Virus record (IMG/VR): IMGVR_UViG_3300038379_000312
Span: 1 to 45,143 of that record
Origin: a virus
DNA: 45,143 nt
Strand: one strand, 5' to 3'
Shown: positions 29,881-37,238 of the stretch, one piece after another
Layout: the number at the start of each line of letters is the position of its first letter
How positions within the stretch are numbered: the stretch's first letter is position 1
Made by a program: the position numbers and the translations under genes
The notes under the pieces: model-generated
The model's input: the letters and a program-made list of their open reading frames with translations, nothing else
The model's database searches: none
What the model was told of the DNA's origin: nothing

Positions 29881-30080
29881 TCAGATGGCCGGCGTCAGCC
29901 GGAACGGGGCGACCGTCACGGAGGTGACGCCGGAGTAGGTGACGTTGATCGTGCTGCCGTAGATCGCGGTCGGGAACGGGCCGATGACGCGATGCTGGCC
30001 GTTGGTGACCGCGACTACCAGGTCGGTGACCGCGAGGCCGTCGCGGCCCGGGTGATCTCGGTGACAGTGAGGGCCGCCAT
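29881..30080 (-). pseudogene. Small gene with a disrupted or unclear start (protein-like frame lacks an in-frame start codon)
   Basis: The ATG at 30078-30080 opens a 21-codon frame (MAALTVTEITRAATASRSPTW*). The protein-like sequence ...LAVTDLVVAVTNGQHRVIGPFPTAIYGSTINVTYSGVTSVTVAPFRLTPAI* lies in the -1 frame and has no ATG, GTG or TTG. Confidence 0.4.
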
Positions 30081-30179
30081 GGGTCGTCTCCGAGGGCGCT
30101 TTGCGTGAAAGAGCGGCCGCTGACAGTGAGGGCCGCCATGGGTCGTCTCCGAGGGCGCTTTGCGTGAAAGAGCGCCGCC
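30062..30179. repeat. 59-bp tandem duplication (2 copies) carrying an SD and ATG
   Basis: 30062..30114 is identical to 30121..30173. Each unit contains cggagacgacccATGgcggccctcactgtca on the minus strand. The period is not a multiple of 3. Confidence 0.85.
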
Positions 30180-30194
30180 GCCCGATGCGGCGGC
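30163..30194 (-). terminator. Hairpin GCCGCCGC-ATCGG-GCGGCGGC followed by CTCTTTC, after the major tail gene
   Basis: An 8-bp GC stem (30174-30181 / 30187-30194) lies 7 nt after the major tail stop. The U-tract is weak. Confidence 0.4.
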
Positions 30195-30200
30195 AGGATC

Positions 30201-30644
30201 CTACGAGCCCTGGGTGAACGTCGGCTTGCCGGAGATTTTGATGGTGACGTCGAACATGATGTCGTTGTCTTCCTCGTGGGTCTCGCTCAGGTTGGTGACG
30301 AAACCGGTGATGTCCCAGCGGGTGCGGTTCGACTCGCCGGAGAGCAGCGGCCACTCGACGCGGAAGTACCAGTTGCCGTTGGCGCCGTTGGCCGCGGCCA
30401 GCGTGCCGTAGACGGTGTTGATGCGCGTCTTGCTGGCGTAGCAGGTGAAGGTGACCTCGCCGCCGTCGCCCAGGCCCTGGGCGAACTCGCGGAACTTGTT
30501 GGCCGACTGGAGCGTGGTCTCGTCGACGGAACTCCAGGAGATCCCCGGCCCGCCGATGTTCTTGATCCCGGTCAGGTCGGTGTAGGGAGGGGTGCCGTCG
30601 GCGTCGTAGCTGAGCCGGGTATCCCACGTGTGCACCTGCGTCAT
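30201..30644 (-). CDS. Major tail protein, 147 aa
   Basis: Position (terminator protein, then this gene, then the chaperones), size, and the beta-rich sequence MTQVHTWDTRLSYDADGTPPYTDLTGIKNIGGPGISWSSVDETTL... are typical of siphovirus major tail proteins. Confidence 0.7.
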   Translation of the reverse strand: MTQVHTWDTRLSYDADGTPPYTDLTGIKNIGGPGISWSSVDETTLQSANKFREFAQGLGDGGEVTFTCYASKTRINTVYGTLAAANGANGNWYFRVEWPLLSGESNRTRWDITGFVTNLSETHEEDNDIMFDVTIKISGKPTFTQGS

Positions 30645-30657
30645 CCCAGACCTCCCT

Positions 30658-31086
30658 TCACTCGTCGAAGACGATCACCAGGTCGAGCGACGTCCGATAG
30701 TTGCCGACCTCGTGGCCGTGCGGCGAGGGTGTGTATTGCTCGCGTTCGTCCTCCACCAGGGCTTTCTGCACCCAGTGGCTGCCCATCGTGCCTTGGAACC
30801 CGTTGAGCTTGCGGCTGCCCGGTCCGACCGCGTCGCGGACCAGGACGGCCAGGTCGTTGGCCGCGTTGCGGGTGACCGCGTCGCAGTGGAGGGTGACGCG
30901 GGCCCGGGCGCCGGTCTGGACCTCGGCCAGGGCGACCGGCCGGGTCAGGCTGATCCCCTGCATGACGATTCGCGGCCGGGCCGACCCCTGGGGCGCTGAG
31001 TCGGGGTAGAGCCGGCCGGCGATGGCGCCGTTGACGCCAGGGTCAGCGACCAGGAAGGTGGCCAGGCTCACCTTGATGTCGGCCAT
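30658..31086 (-). CDS. Tail terminator / tail completion protein (DUF3168-like), 142 aa
   Basis: MADIKVSLATFLVADPGVNGAIAGRLYPDSAPQGSARPRIVMQ... matches the usual pattern of this family. It lies upstream of the major tail gene. Confidence 0.65.
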   Translation of the reverse strand: MADIKVSLATFLVADPGVNGAIAGRLYPDSAPQGSARPRIVMQGISLTRPVALAEVQTGARARVTLHCDAVTRNAANDLAVLVRDAVGPGSRKLNGFQGTMGSHWVQKALVEDEREQYTPSPHGHEVGNYRTSLDLVIVFDE

Positions 31087-31521
31087 CTAGCCCTTCGCCC
31101 CCGCCTTCGCGATCCCCTCGGCCATGACCGTGCGGACCTTGGCGCCAACCGCCTCGCGAGTCTCATCCACGGCCGGGCGCAGGAACGGACTCGTTTCCTC
31201 GGCCAGGTGGCCGTACCGAGCAGGATCACGGTAATCGGAGGTGCCATCCGAAAGCGTGACCTCCTGCCCCATCCCGGTGCGCGGGCCGATGATGGCGACC
31301 ACCCGCGGCTGCTTGCCCTTGCTCACGATCTTGGAGCCCATGGATTTCTTGAGCGTGCCGGTCTCGACCGGCGCCAATCTCCTGGCCGCCTTGAGAATCA
31401 GCGTCGCCCCCTGACGGATCGCGGGCCGCAGGATCCGCCGCTGGACGGCGCCCTTGAACTGTTCCAGCCCCTTGAGCGTCTCGTCGAGACCCTGCACCTG
31501 GGTATCAATCTTGAGACCCAT
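31087..31521 (-). CDS. HK97 gp10-family head-tail protein, 144 aa
   Basis: Internal ATG at 31519-31521. MGLKIDTQVQGLDETLKGLEQFKGAVQRRILRPAIRQGATLILKAARRLAPVETGTLKKSM... is the typical gp10-family N-terminus. Confidence 0.7.
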   Translation of the reverse strand: MGLKIDTQVQGLDETLKGLEQFKGAVQRRILRPAIRQGATLILKAARRLAPVETGTLKKSMGSKIVSKGKQPRVVAIIGPRTGMGQEVTLSDGTSDYRDPARYGHLAEETSPFLRPAVDETREAVGAKVRTVMAEGIAKAGAKG

Positions 31522-31789
31522 GCCACTCCTCGTAAAACGCGCGGGCGCAGCCAATCGCCGAGCGGGCGACCTCGCGGGCCTGGCTGCCGCCGTCGGCCGT
31601 CTGGTAGTCGGCATAGCATTCGATCCAGCTCGCGAAGAGCTGGCGGGCCAGGATCTGCACCTGGTCGGCCAGGTCCTCATCGACCTGGCGGCGGCGGGGC
31701 ACGGCGTAGGGGCGCTCCGGATCCTCGGGCACGTGGCCCACGGCCTTGCGGATCTGGTCCGCCGACAACCCGGCTTTGCTCTTCGGCAT
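31505..31789 (-). CDS. Hypothetical protein, 94 aa
   Basis: The ATG at 31787-31789 overlaps the stop of the head-closure gene (ATGA). Confidence 0.55.
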   Translation of the reverse strand: MPKSKAGLSADQIRKAVGHVPEDPERPYAVPRRRQVDEDLADQVQILARQLFASWIECYADYQTADGGSQAREVARSAIGCARAFYEEWHGSQD

Positions 31790-32121
31790 CACGCCACCTC
31801 TTCCTTCACGGCCAGGAGCATCTGCTCATTCAGCTCGTCGACGTTGAGGATCTTGACGACGTTGAGCACGCGAGTGCCAAACAGGATCCGGTCCTTGAGC
31901 TGCAAGCCCGCGTAGCGCCGGAGGCGCACTGCGAGAATGGTCTGGCCGGCGAGCTGGTTGGCGTCGATCAGCTCCTGGCCGGCCTCGGGATCGAAACTGA
32001 ACCAGCGCGAGGCCAGGGTATTCCAGGTCTGGATCGGTTGGCGGAAACTATCCAGGGTTTCGGTGGCCCGCTGGATGTCGCCGCGGTGCCGGTATTTGCC
32101 GATGCCGCCGATCAGGGCCAT
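31789..32121 (-). CDS. Head closure / head-tail adaptor protein (Phage_H_T_join-like), 110 aa
   Basis: MALIGGIGKYRHRGDIQRATETLDSFRQPIQTWNTLASRWFSFDPEAGQE... fits the family pattern. The preferred start is the ATG at 32121 (GAGG 6 nt upstream). An alternative ATG exists at 32145. Confidence 0.7.
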   Translation of the reverse strand: MALIGGIGKYRHRGDIQRATETLDSFRQPIQTWNTLASRWFSFDPEAGQELIDANQLAGQTILAVRLRRYAGLQLKDRILFGTRVLNVVKILNVDELNEQMLLAVKEEVA

Positions 32122-32128
32122 GGGTGCC

Positions 32129-32761
32129 TCACTTGTAGCTGCCATACCCCTCGGATTCGAGCAGGGCCCGGACGGCCAGCTCGAGGGGGCCGCCGAACTG
32201 ACCGACCGCCTCGCGGTGCTCGTACCAGTGGGCGACCAAGAGCTTGACCGCGGTCTTGATCGTGGCCGGGACGGCCGAGGCGGCGCCGTAGCCGGCGACG
32301 AAGCGGATCGTGACCGGCAGGCGGCGATCGCTCTGCAGGGCCGGCCAGGACTTGAGCGGGGCCCGCTCGACGGTGCCAGGCGCCCGCAGCGGCGTCCGCA
32401 CCAGATACTCGGTGGTGGCCAGCGTCTGCAGGGTGCCGGCCGAGTCGTAGTATTTGACCCAGGTCACCGATGACAGCGGGGGCCGCGGCAGACGGAGCGG
32501 GCCGGACCACCAGCCGGCCACCGGGACGTCCCAGGTGGCGAGCAGGAGCTGGCGGTGGCCGGCAATCTCCTGCTCGACGAGCTTGACGGCAGCCGCTTCC
32601 AGCGCGTCGATGACGTCATTGTCCTCGTCGTCGTCGCGGCGCAGCCAGAGCTTGGCCTCCGCTGTCGTCACCACCTGGCCCACGGGCGCCGTCACCAGCT
32701 CCAGGTCCCCGAGGGGGAACGGATTTACGCGGGGCTGGGACGGCGCGCTGTACGGGTCCAT
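32129..32761 (-). CDS. Head-tail connector (gp6-like), 210 aa
   Basis: TTAEAKLWLRRDDDEDNDVIDALEAAAVKLVEQEIG... is the gp6-like DNA-packaging signature. The C-terminal part is typical of QLRG-type connectors. Confidence 0.7.
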   Translation of the reverse strand: MDPYSAPSQPRVNPFPLGDLELVTAPVGQVVTTAEAKLWLRRDDDEDNDVIDALEAAAVKLVEQEIAGHRQLLLATWDVPVAGWWSGPLRLPRPPLSSVTWVKYYDSAGTLQTLATTEYLVRTPLRAPGTVERAPLKSWPALQSDRRLPVTIRFVAGYGAASAVPATIKTAVKLLVAHWYEHREAVGQFGGPLELAVRALLESEGYGSYK

Positions 32762-32885
32762 CGGTCCACTCCGCGATCCCGCGGCGAACCAGGGCGTCCA
32801 TGACGCCCCGGTCGAGCCGCGGGTCGAAGTCGCCCGGCCGCCGGCCGCGCCAGGCCAGCCGGAAACGGATGCCTTGCTGTCTCAC
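32616..32885 (-). CDS. Possible small ORF overlapping the connector gene, up to 89 aa
   Basis: GTG at 32883-32885 with AAGGAG 6 nt upstream. The first 41 codons fill the gap before the connector ATG. The remaining 48 codons overlap it out of frame and are Arg/Gly/Pro-rich. Confidence 0.3.
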   Translation of the reverse strand: MRQQGIRFRLAWRGRRPGDFDPRLDRGVMDALVRRGIAEWTDGPVQRAVPAPRKSVPPRGPGAGDGARGPGGDDSGGQALAAPRRRRGQ

Positions 32886-32916
32886 TCCATACTCCTTCCA
32901 GTGCCGGCGCTGGCAC

Positions 32917-33372
32917 TCAGGCGACCAGGCGCTGGGCGACGCCCGATTCGGAGGCCAGCCGCGGCGCTTTCTCGCCCCGGTACAGCTCGCACCAGATGGC
33001 CGCGAAGGTGCCGGTGGTGCCGTCGCCGGCCGTGAAGACGACGTCCAGGTAGCGCTTGCGGCCCCGCAGGTCGATGAAGATCTGGAAGAATTTGTTGTCG
33101 TCGTTGGCCGAGGGCAGGGCCGAGGCGGCGCCCGTGTCCTGGTTGTCGGTGCCGAAGCGGGTGCCGGTGATGTCGGCGAACCCGGAGCCGGAGACGTCCG
33201 ACTCCTGGACCTTGAGCGCCGCGGCGGCGATGTCGGTGTCGCCCAGGTAGACGTTGATGACCGCGAAGCGGTAGCCCAGGGTGTCGATCTCGGCCGTGGT
33301 GGCCGAGGCGTTGTCGAGCTTGGCCGCCGGCGGCGTCACCGAGACCATCTTGCGATCGAACGGAGCCAGCAT
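32917..33372 (-). CDS. Hypothetical head-associated protein (decoration-position), 151 aa
   Basis: ATG with GGAGG 5 nt upstream. It lies immediately downstream of the capsid terminator hairpin. Confidence 0.6.
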   Translation of the reverse strand: MLAPFDRKMVSVTPPAAKLDNASATTAEIDTLGYRFAVINVYLGDTDIAAAALKVQESDVSGSGFADITGTRFGTDNQDTGAASALPSANDDNKFFQIFIDLRGRKRYLDVVFTAGDGTTGTFAAIWCELYRGEKAPRLASESGVAQRLVA

Positions 33373-33389
33373 GAGAGCCTCCGGAGAAT

Positions 33390-33418
33390 TCGAGAAACCC
33401 GGGTCCCGAGGACCCGGG
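33390..33418 (-). terminator. Intrinsic terminator after the major capsid gene
   Basis: On the minus strand, CCCGGGTCC-TCG-GGACCCGGG (a perfect 9-bp stem) is followed by TTTCTCGAATT. It starts 20 nt after the capsid stop. Confidence 0.6.
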
Positions 33419-33437
33419 CGAAGGTCAGGATCAGGGA

Positions 33438-35177
33438 TCAGGCGCCGGTCTTGAGGCCGACCACCGGGCCGGCGACCGAGGCTGAGCCGGCGTCGTGCAC
33501 GACGATGTCGATGCGCTCTGTCAGTCGCATCGCCACCTGGTTGCGCTCGAAGACAGATTCACCGCCGATGGTGGCGTGCTCGCTGTAGGCCAGCGCCTCC
33601 TGCTGACGGTCGCCGAACGCGGCCGCCAGGGAGAGGTCGCCCAGGACACAGCAGACCTGGCTGACGGCGGTGGCGTTCGGGAAGACCTGGCTGAACTCGA
33701 CCGGGTAGCCCTTGAAGAGCGGCGTCTGGCGCCGGCCCTCGCGGACCTCGTAGGCCGGGACGCCGCCGGAGGCCTGGATGAGCTTTTCCACGACCTCGTA
33801 ATAGAAGGTGCGGTGCATGGTCCAGACACAGTTGGGCGTGTCGGCGTACTGGGGGAGCCGCCCGACCACTTTGTCGAAGTCCGCGAGCACGATGGCCGGC
33901 CAGGTGTTCCCAGTGCCCTGGGTGACCAGGCCGAAGGAATCGGTGCCGGCGCCGTCGATGTTGTCGAGCTTGGTGCGGACGCCGGTGACGCCGCCGTAGG
34001 TGCTGGTGCCGTCGCCGTTGAACGCGGCCAGGTCCTCGGCGTTGGCGAAGGCGTAGGAGGCCTCGCCCATGAGCCGGTCGCCGAGCATGGTGACGTCGTC
34101 GGCGGCAACCTGGTTGCTCAGCCGGGCGATGGCCATCAGGTCCTTGGCGACCAGACGAACCTGGTCATGGTTTGCGTTGGATTCGGTGCCGGCGCTGTCC
34201 TCGCCAACCCAGTAGGCGGTCAGGCCGCCGGTGCGCCGCGGGATCAGCTTGGTGTCGGAGCGCATCGGCTCCATGCGGAGGAGCCGGCGGGCCAAGCCGA
34301 ACTGCTCACGGAGGTCGATCAGGTCCTGGGCGAACTCCTCGGGGATCAGGTAATGGGTGCCGGCGGTGTCGCTGGATTCGTGGGCGGCCATGTGCTTGTC
34401 GACGTAGTCCATGGCGGCGCGGAAGCGGTAGCGGCCGGGCATCTGCCAGGAGAGCAGCGCCAAATTGAACATGCCGAAGCGGTAGGCCCGGCGGTCGGAG
34501 TCATGGCCGCGGAAGTGCTTCAGGACGCCGCAGCGGCGGGGCATGGCCGGGATGGTGAGTCCAGCGTTGGGTCGGGCCGGTCCGCGGCGCGGCCGGTCGG
34601 GATCGGTCAGGGCGCCGGTGCCCAGCTGCCGGGATTTCCGCTCGCGGGCCAGCTTCTCCCGGGCCTGGGTGCCGGCGGCCAGCGCGTCGCGATGCGCCTG
34701 GAGGTGATCGATGGCCTCGGCGGGGGCCTCAGTGTCCTCCTGGGCCTGGGTCCAGGCCTCGTCGAGGCCGCCCTGATGCAGGTAGAGGACGCCGTCCGTC
34801 AGGATGCCGCGATCGTCGCGAGTCGTGCCGCCCTCGACCCAGTGGTGAGGGTACATCCAGGTCGCCGGGTCAGCCGGGTCGCCCGAGGCGTACGCCTCGA
34901 AAGGCAGCTCGGCCTGGTCGACGGTCGACCAGTCGGGCTCATTCGCCGAGGTCTGGTCGTTGTGCTCGAAGAGGAGGACGGTGGCCCTTCGGCGCTGCTG
35001 CTCGCGGGCCAGGCGCTGCCGTTCCCGCTGGATCGCCTGGGCCTTGGTGGCGCGCTGGGCGACCAAATCGTCGTGTTCGGCACGTTCGGCGTCGCTGATG
35101 TTGTCCTGGGCCAGGAGCTTGTCGATACGGGTATCGATGGCCCGCATTTCCGCGATGAGGCGGTTGAGCTTGTTCAC
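33438..35177 (-). CDS. Major capsid protein, HK97 family, with a long N-terminal coiled-coil (delta-like) domain, 579 aa
   Basis: GTG at 35175-35177 with AGGAGG 6 nt upstream. The N-terminal ~200 aa are coiled-coil. The C-terminal ~330 aa have an HK97-fold pattern (...LIPRRTGGLTAYWVGEDSAGTES...AIARLSNQ...FANAEDLAAFNGDG...). Confidence 0.85.
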   Translation of the reverse strand: MNKLNRLIAEMRAIDTRIDKLLAQDNISDAERAEHDDLVAQRATKAQAIQRERQRLAREQQRRRATVLLFEHNDQTSANEPDWSTVDQAELPFEAYASGDPADPATWMYPHHWVEGGTTRDDRGILTDGVLYLHQGGLDEAWTQAQEDTEAPAEAIDHLQAHRDALAAGTQAREKLARERKSRQLGTGALTDPDRPRRGPARPNAGLTIPAMPRRCGVLKHFRGHDSDRRAYRFGMFNLALLSWQMPGRYRFRAAMDYVDKHMAAHESSDTAGTHYLIPEEFAQDLIDLREQFGLARRLLRMEPMRSDTKLIPRRTGGLTAYWVGEDSAGTESNANHDQVRLVAKDLMAIARLSNQVAADDVTMLGDRLMGEASYAFANAEDLAAFNGDGTSTYGGVTGVRTKLDNIDGAGTDSFGLVTQGTGNTWPAIVLADFDKVVGRLPQYADTPNCVWTMHRTFYYEVVEKLIQASGGVPAYEVREGRRQTPLFKGYPVEFSQVFPNATAVSQVCCVLGDLSLAAAFGDRQQEALAYSEHATIGGESVFERNQVAMRLTERIDIVVHDAGSASVAGPVVGLKTGA

Positions 35178-35200
35178 GTTTTACCTCCTGAATAGAAACC

Positions 35201-35229
35201 GTTGCGCTGTGGCAGCCACGGGGCGCAAC
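35201..35229 (-). promoter_or_regulatory. Hairpin between the protease and capsid genes
   Basis: On the minus strand, GTTGCGC-CCC-GTGGC-T-GCCAC-A-GCGCAAC is followed by GGTTTCTATT and the capsid SD. Confidence 0.35.
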
Positions 35230-35321
35230 GGCGTCCGCGACATGCTTCGTGAGGGGTCAACCGCCGCGGGACCAGCGCGACGGCGCTGGCGGTCCCCGCA
35301 GCGGGCAGGGTTGGTTTGGGT

Positions 35322-36188
35322 TTACCTGGCGGCCGGCGCCGACGTCAAGCGGCGGCGCTGGTGACGGAGGCGCAGGATCTCAAGGCTGGCTCCGCGGTCC
35401 CGGTTGGAGACCGCGCCCCCACCCAGTCGCTGCAGCAGCGCGTTCAGCGTCTGGACCTGGTCGGCCATGCCGGCGGCCATGGCCTGGTCCGCGCTGACGC
35501 AGCGGCCCTGGCCAAACTTCTCTCGGACCAGGGCCGGCGCCACGCCGCGATTGCGTGCCACCGCCCGGACAAACTTGGTGTATACGGCGTCCACAGTTTC
35601 TTGCAAATGGTCTCGGGCGTCCTGCGTGAGCGGCTCAAACGGGTTCATCTCGGCCTTGTAGCGGCCGGCTTTGGCGATCGTGACCTTGACGCCCTCGCGC
35701 TCCAGGGCCTTGCTGAGTTCGGCGTGGATGGCGAAGACCCCGACCGAGCCGACGTCCCCGCTAGGCGTGACCAGGAGCTGGGTGGCGGCGGTGGCGATCC
35801 AGTAGGCGGCGCTGGCGGCCAGGCTATTGGCCACCGCGTAGATCGGTTTCCTGGCGCGGGCCGCGTAGATCCGCTCGGCCAGCTCCTCGACGCCATAACA
35901 GGAACCGCCAGGGGAATCGATGTCGAGAACGATGGCATCGACTTCACCGGCGTCCACCAGTTTGTCGAGCTGCTGCTCGACGATTTCGGTCGAACAGCCC
36001 CACCAGCCTTTTTGCTCGATGACCCCCTGGATCGGCAGGACCGCGACCTTGCCGGCCCGGCGCATCCCGTCGAACTGGGCGCGGCGGAGGTCCTGGAGTT
36101 GGCTGGCGGTCGGCGGCGGCCGGCATACCTGGTGGAATCGGATCAGCCGGTCCTGGTCCATCAGCCAGAGATTGCAGGACTCGATCAT
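35322..36188 (-). CDS. Prohead protease, S49 (SppA/ClpP-fold) family, 288 aa
   Basis: VAVLPIQGVI...AIVLDIDSPGGS...ANSLAASAAYWIATAA...KAGRYKAEMNPFEPL are S49 signatures. The ATG is at 36186-36188; the track start is a TTG. Confidence 0.85.
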   Translation of the reverse strand: MIESCNLWLMDQDRLIRFHQVCRPPPTASQLQDLRRAQFDGMRRAGKVAVLPIQGVIEQKGWWGCSTEIVEQQLDKLVDAGEVDAIVLDIDSPGGSCYGVEELAERIYAARARKPIYAVANSLAASAAYWIATAATQLLVTPSGDVGSVGVFAIHAELSKALEREGVKVTIAKAGRYKAEMNPFEPLTQDARDHLQETVDAVYTKFVRAVARNRGVAPALVREKFGQGRCVSADQAMAAGMADQVQTLNALLQRLGGGAVSNRDRGASLEILRLRHQRRRLTSAPAAR

Positions 36189-36196
36189 GATATTCC

Positions 36197-36427
36197 TCAG
36201 CAAAAAGCCGCCGCGACCGCGAGCATAGCATCCTCGTCATGGTCCACTGGCCAGATGATGACCGGTTGGCGCGGCCGGCGGCCACCCCGCCGGAGGCCCG
36301 CCAGGGTGGCGGCCAGCGTCGAGCTGCCCGCGAGGGTGGCCGACATGTCGTTGGTCGGGCCGCCGGCCGGGTTGAACCAGTTGCTCTCGAACCAGTTCCC
36401 GGCCCAGAAATTGCCGTTCCAGGCCAT
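36197..36427 (-). CDS. Hypothetical Trp-rich protein, 76 aa
   Basis: MAWNGNFWAGNWFESNWFNPAGG...ATLAGSSTLAATLAG. It shares the xTLxG repeat flavour with the upstream gene. Confidence 0.5.
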   Translation of the reverse strand: MAWNGNFWAGNWFESNWFNPAGGPTNDMSATLAGSSTLAATLAGLRRGGRRPRQPVIIWPVDHDEDAMLAVAAAFC

Positions 36428-36430
36428 GAA

Positions 36431-37234
36431 TCACGCTCCGAAGCTGGCCGCCGAACGGTTGCCGCTGCCGTCGGCCGTGCCGGTGATCTGGTCCTGGGTG
36501 TCGGTCAGGTTGCGGAAGACAGGACTGCCCGGCCCGCCGCTCGATTTCCCGGCCGCGGCCGCCGCGATGATCCTGATGATGCGCTCCGCGGGGAACCCGG
36601 ATTCCAGGGCCAGGTCCCAGACGGCCTGGGCAACATCTTCCGTGGTCGCGGTCGCGGTGTAGGTGATGACGATTGCGGCGGCCAGGGTCCCGGTCGCGGT
36701 CAGCGCCGCGCCGGTGATGGTCCCGGAAGCCGACACGTTCGCGGTCGTCCAGCCCAGCGCCGACAGGGTGGCGCCCGTGACCGTGCCCGAAGCGGAGAGC
36801 GTCGCCTCGCCGTTGAGGACGGCGCGAAGGTCCGCTCCCGCGATCGTGCCCGTGCCGGTCAGCGTCGCCGCGCCGCTGACGACGAGTTGGCCCTCGGCGG
36901 TCAGGGTGCTGGACCCGGCGAGCAGCGCCTCGGCGTTCTTGCCGCCGGCCAGGTTGGCGCCCGCGACCGTGCCCGTGCCCACCGCGATCTGGTAACTCGA
37001 CAGGCCGCCCGCTTTGGGCGAGACCAGCCAGCAGGCGGGATGCCGGTAGCCCCAGGGAACCGAATTCTTGTTGGCGATGCTGGCGCCGCCGATGACCGTG
37101 GCCTCGCCGGCCCAGAAGCAGCGGGTGGCGCCGGGCTTGTTCCAGCAGGCGCGCTCGGTGGACTGGATGCCCGCGTTGCTGTAGGCATTGTGCGGGCCGC
37201 CACCCATCCGGACGCCGTTGCCGACCAGGGCCAT
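36431..37234 (-). CDS. Hypothetical repeat protein, 267 aa
   Basis: Degenerate repeats (GSSTLTAEGQL / GAATLTGTGTI / GEATLSASGTV / GTITGAALTATGTL). The C-terminus DVAQAVWDLALESGFPAERIIRIIAAAAAGKSSG...DGSGNRSA resembles the C-terminus of 22036..22863. Confidence 0.6.
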   Translation of the reverse strand: MALVGNGVRMGGGPHNAYSNAGIQSTERACWNKPGATRCFWAGEATVIGGASIANKNSVPWGYRHPACWLVSPKAGGLSSYQIAVGTGTVAGANLAGGKNAEALLAGSSTLTAEGQLVVSGAATLTGTGTIAGADLRAVLNGEATLSASGTVTGATLSALGWTTANVSASGTITGAALTATGTLAAAIVITYTATATTEDVAQAVWDLALESGFPAERIIRIIAAAAAGKSSGGPGSPVFRNLTDTQDQITGTADGSGNRSAASFGA

Positions 37235-37238
37235 GCCG

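Noticed and set aside
30040-30060. -1 programmed frameshift on CCCGGGC to join the 21-codon ATG frame to the protein-like frame of 29881..30080.
   Set aside because: In the ATG frame the run is phased ACC|CGG|GCC, not X|XXY|YYZ, so simultaneous tRNA slippage is not supported. An indel, pseudogene or assembly error is more likely.
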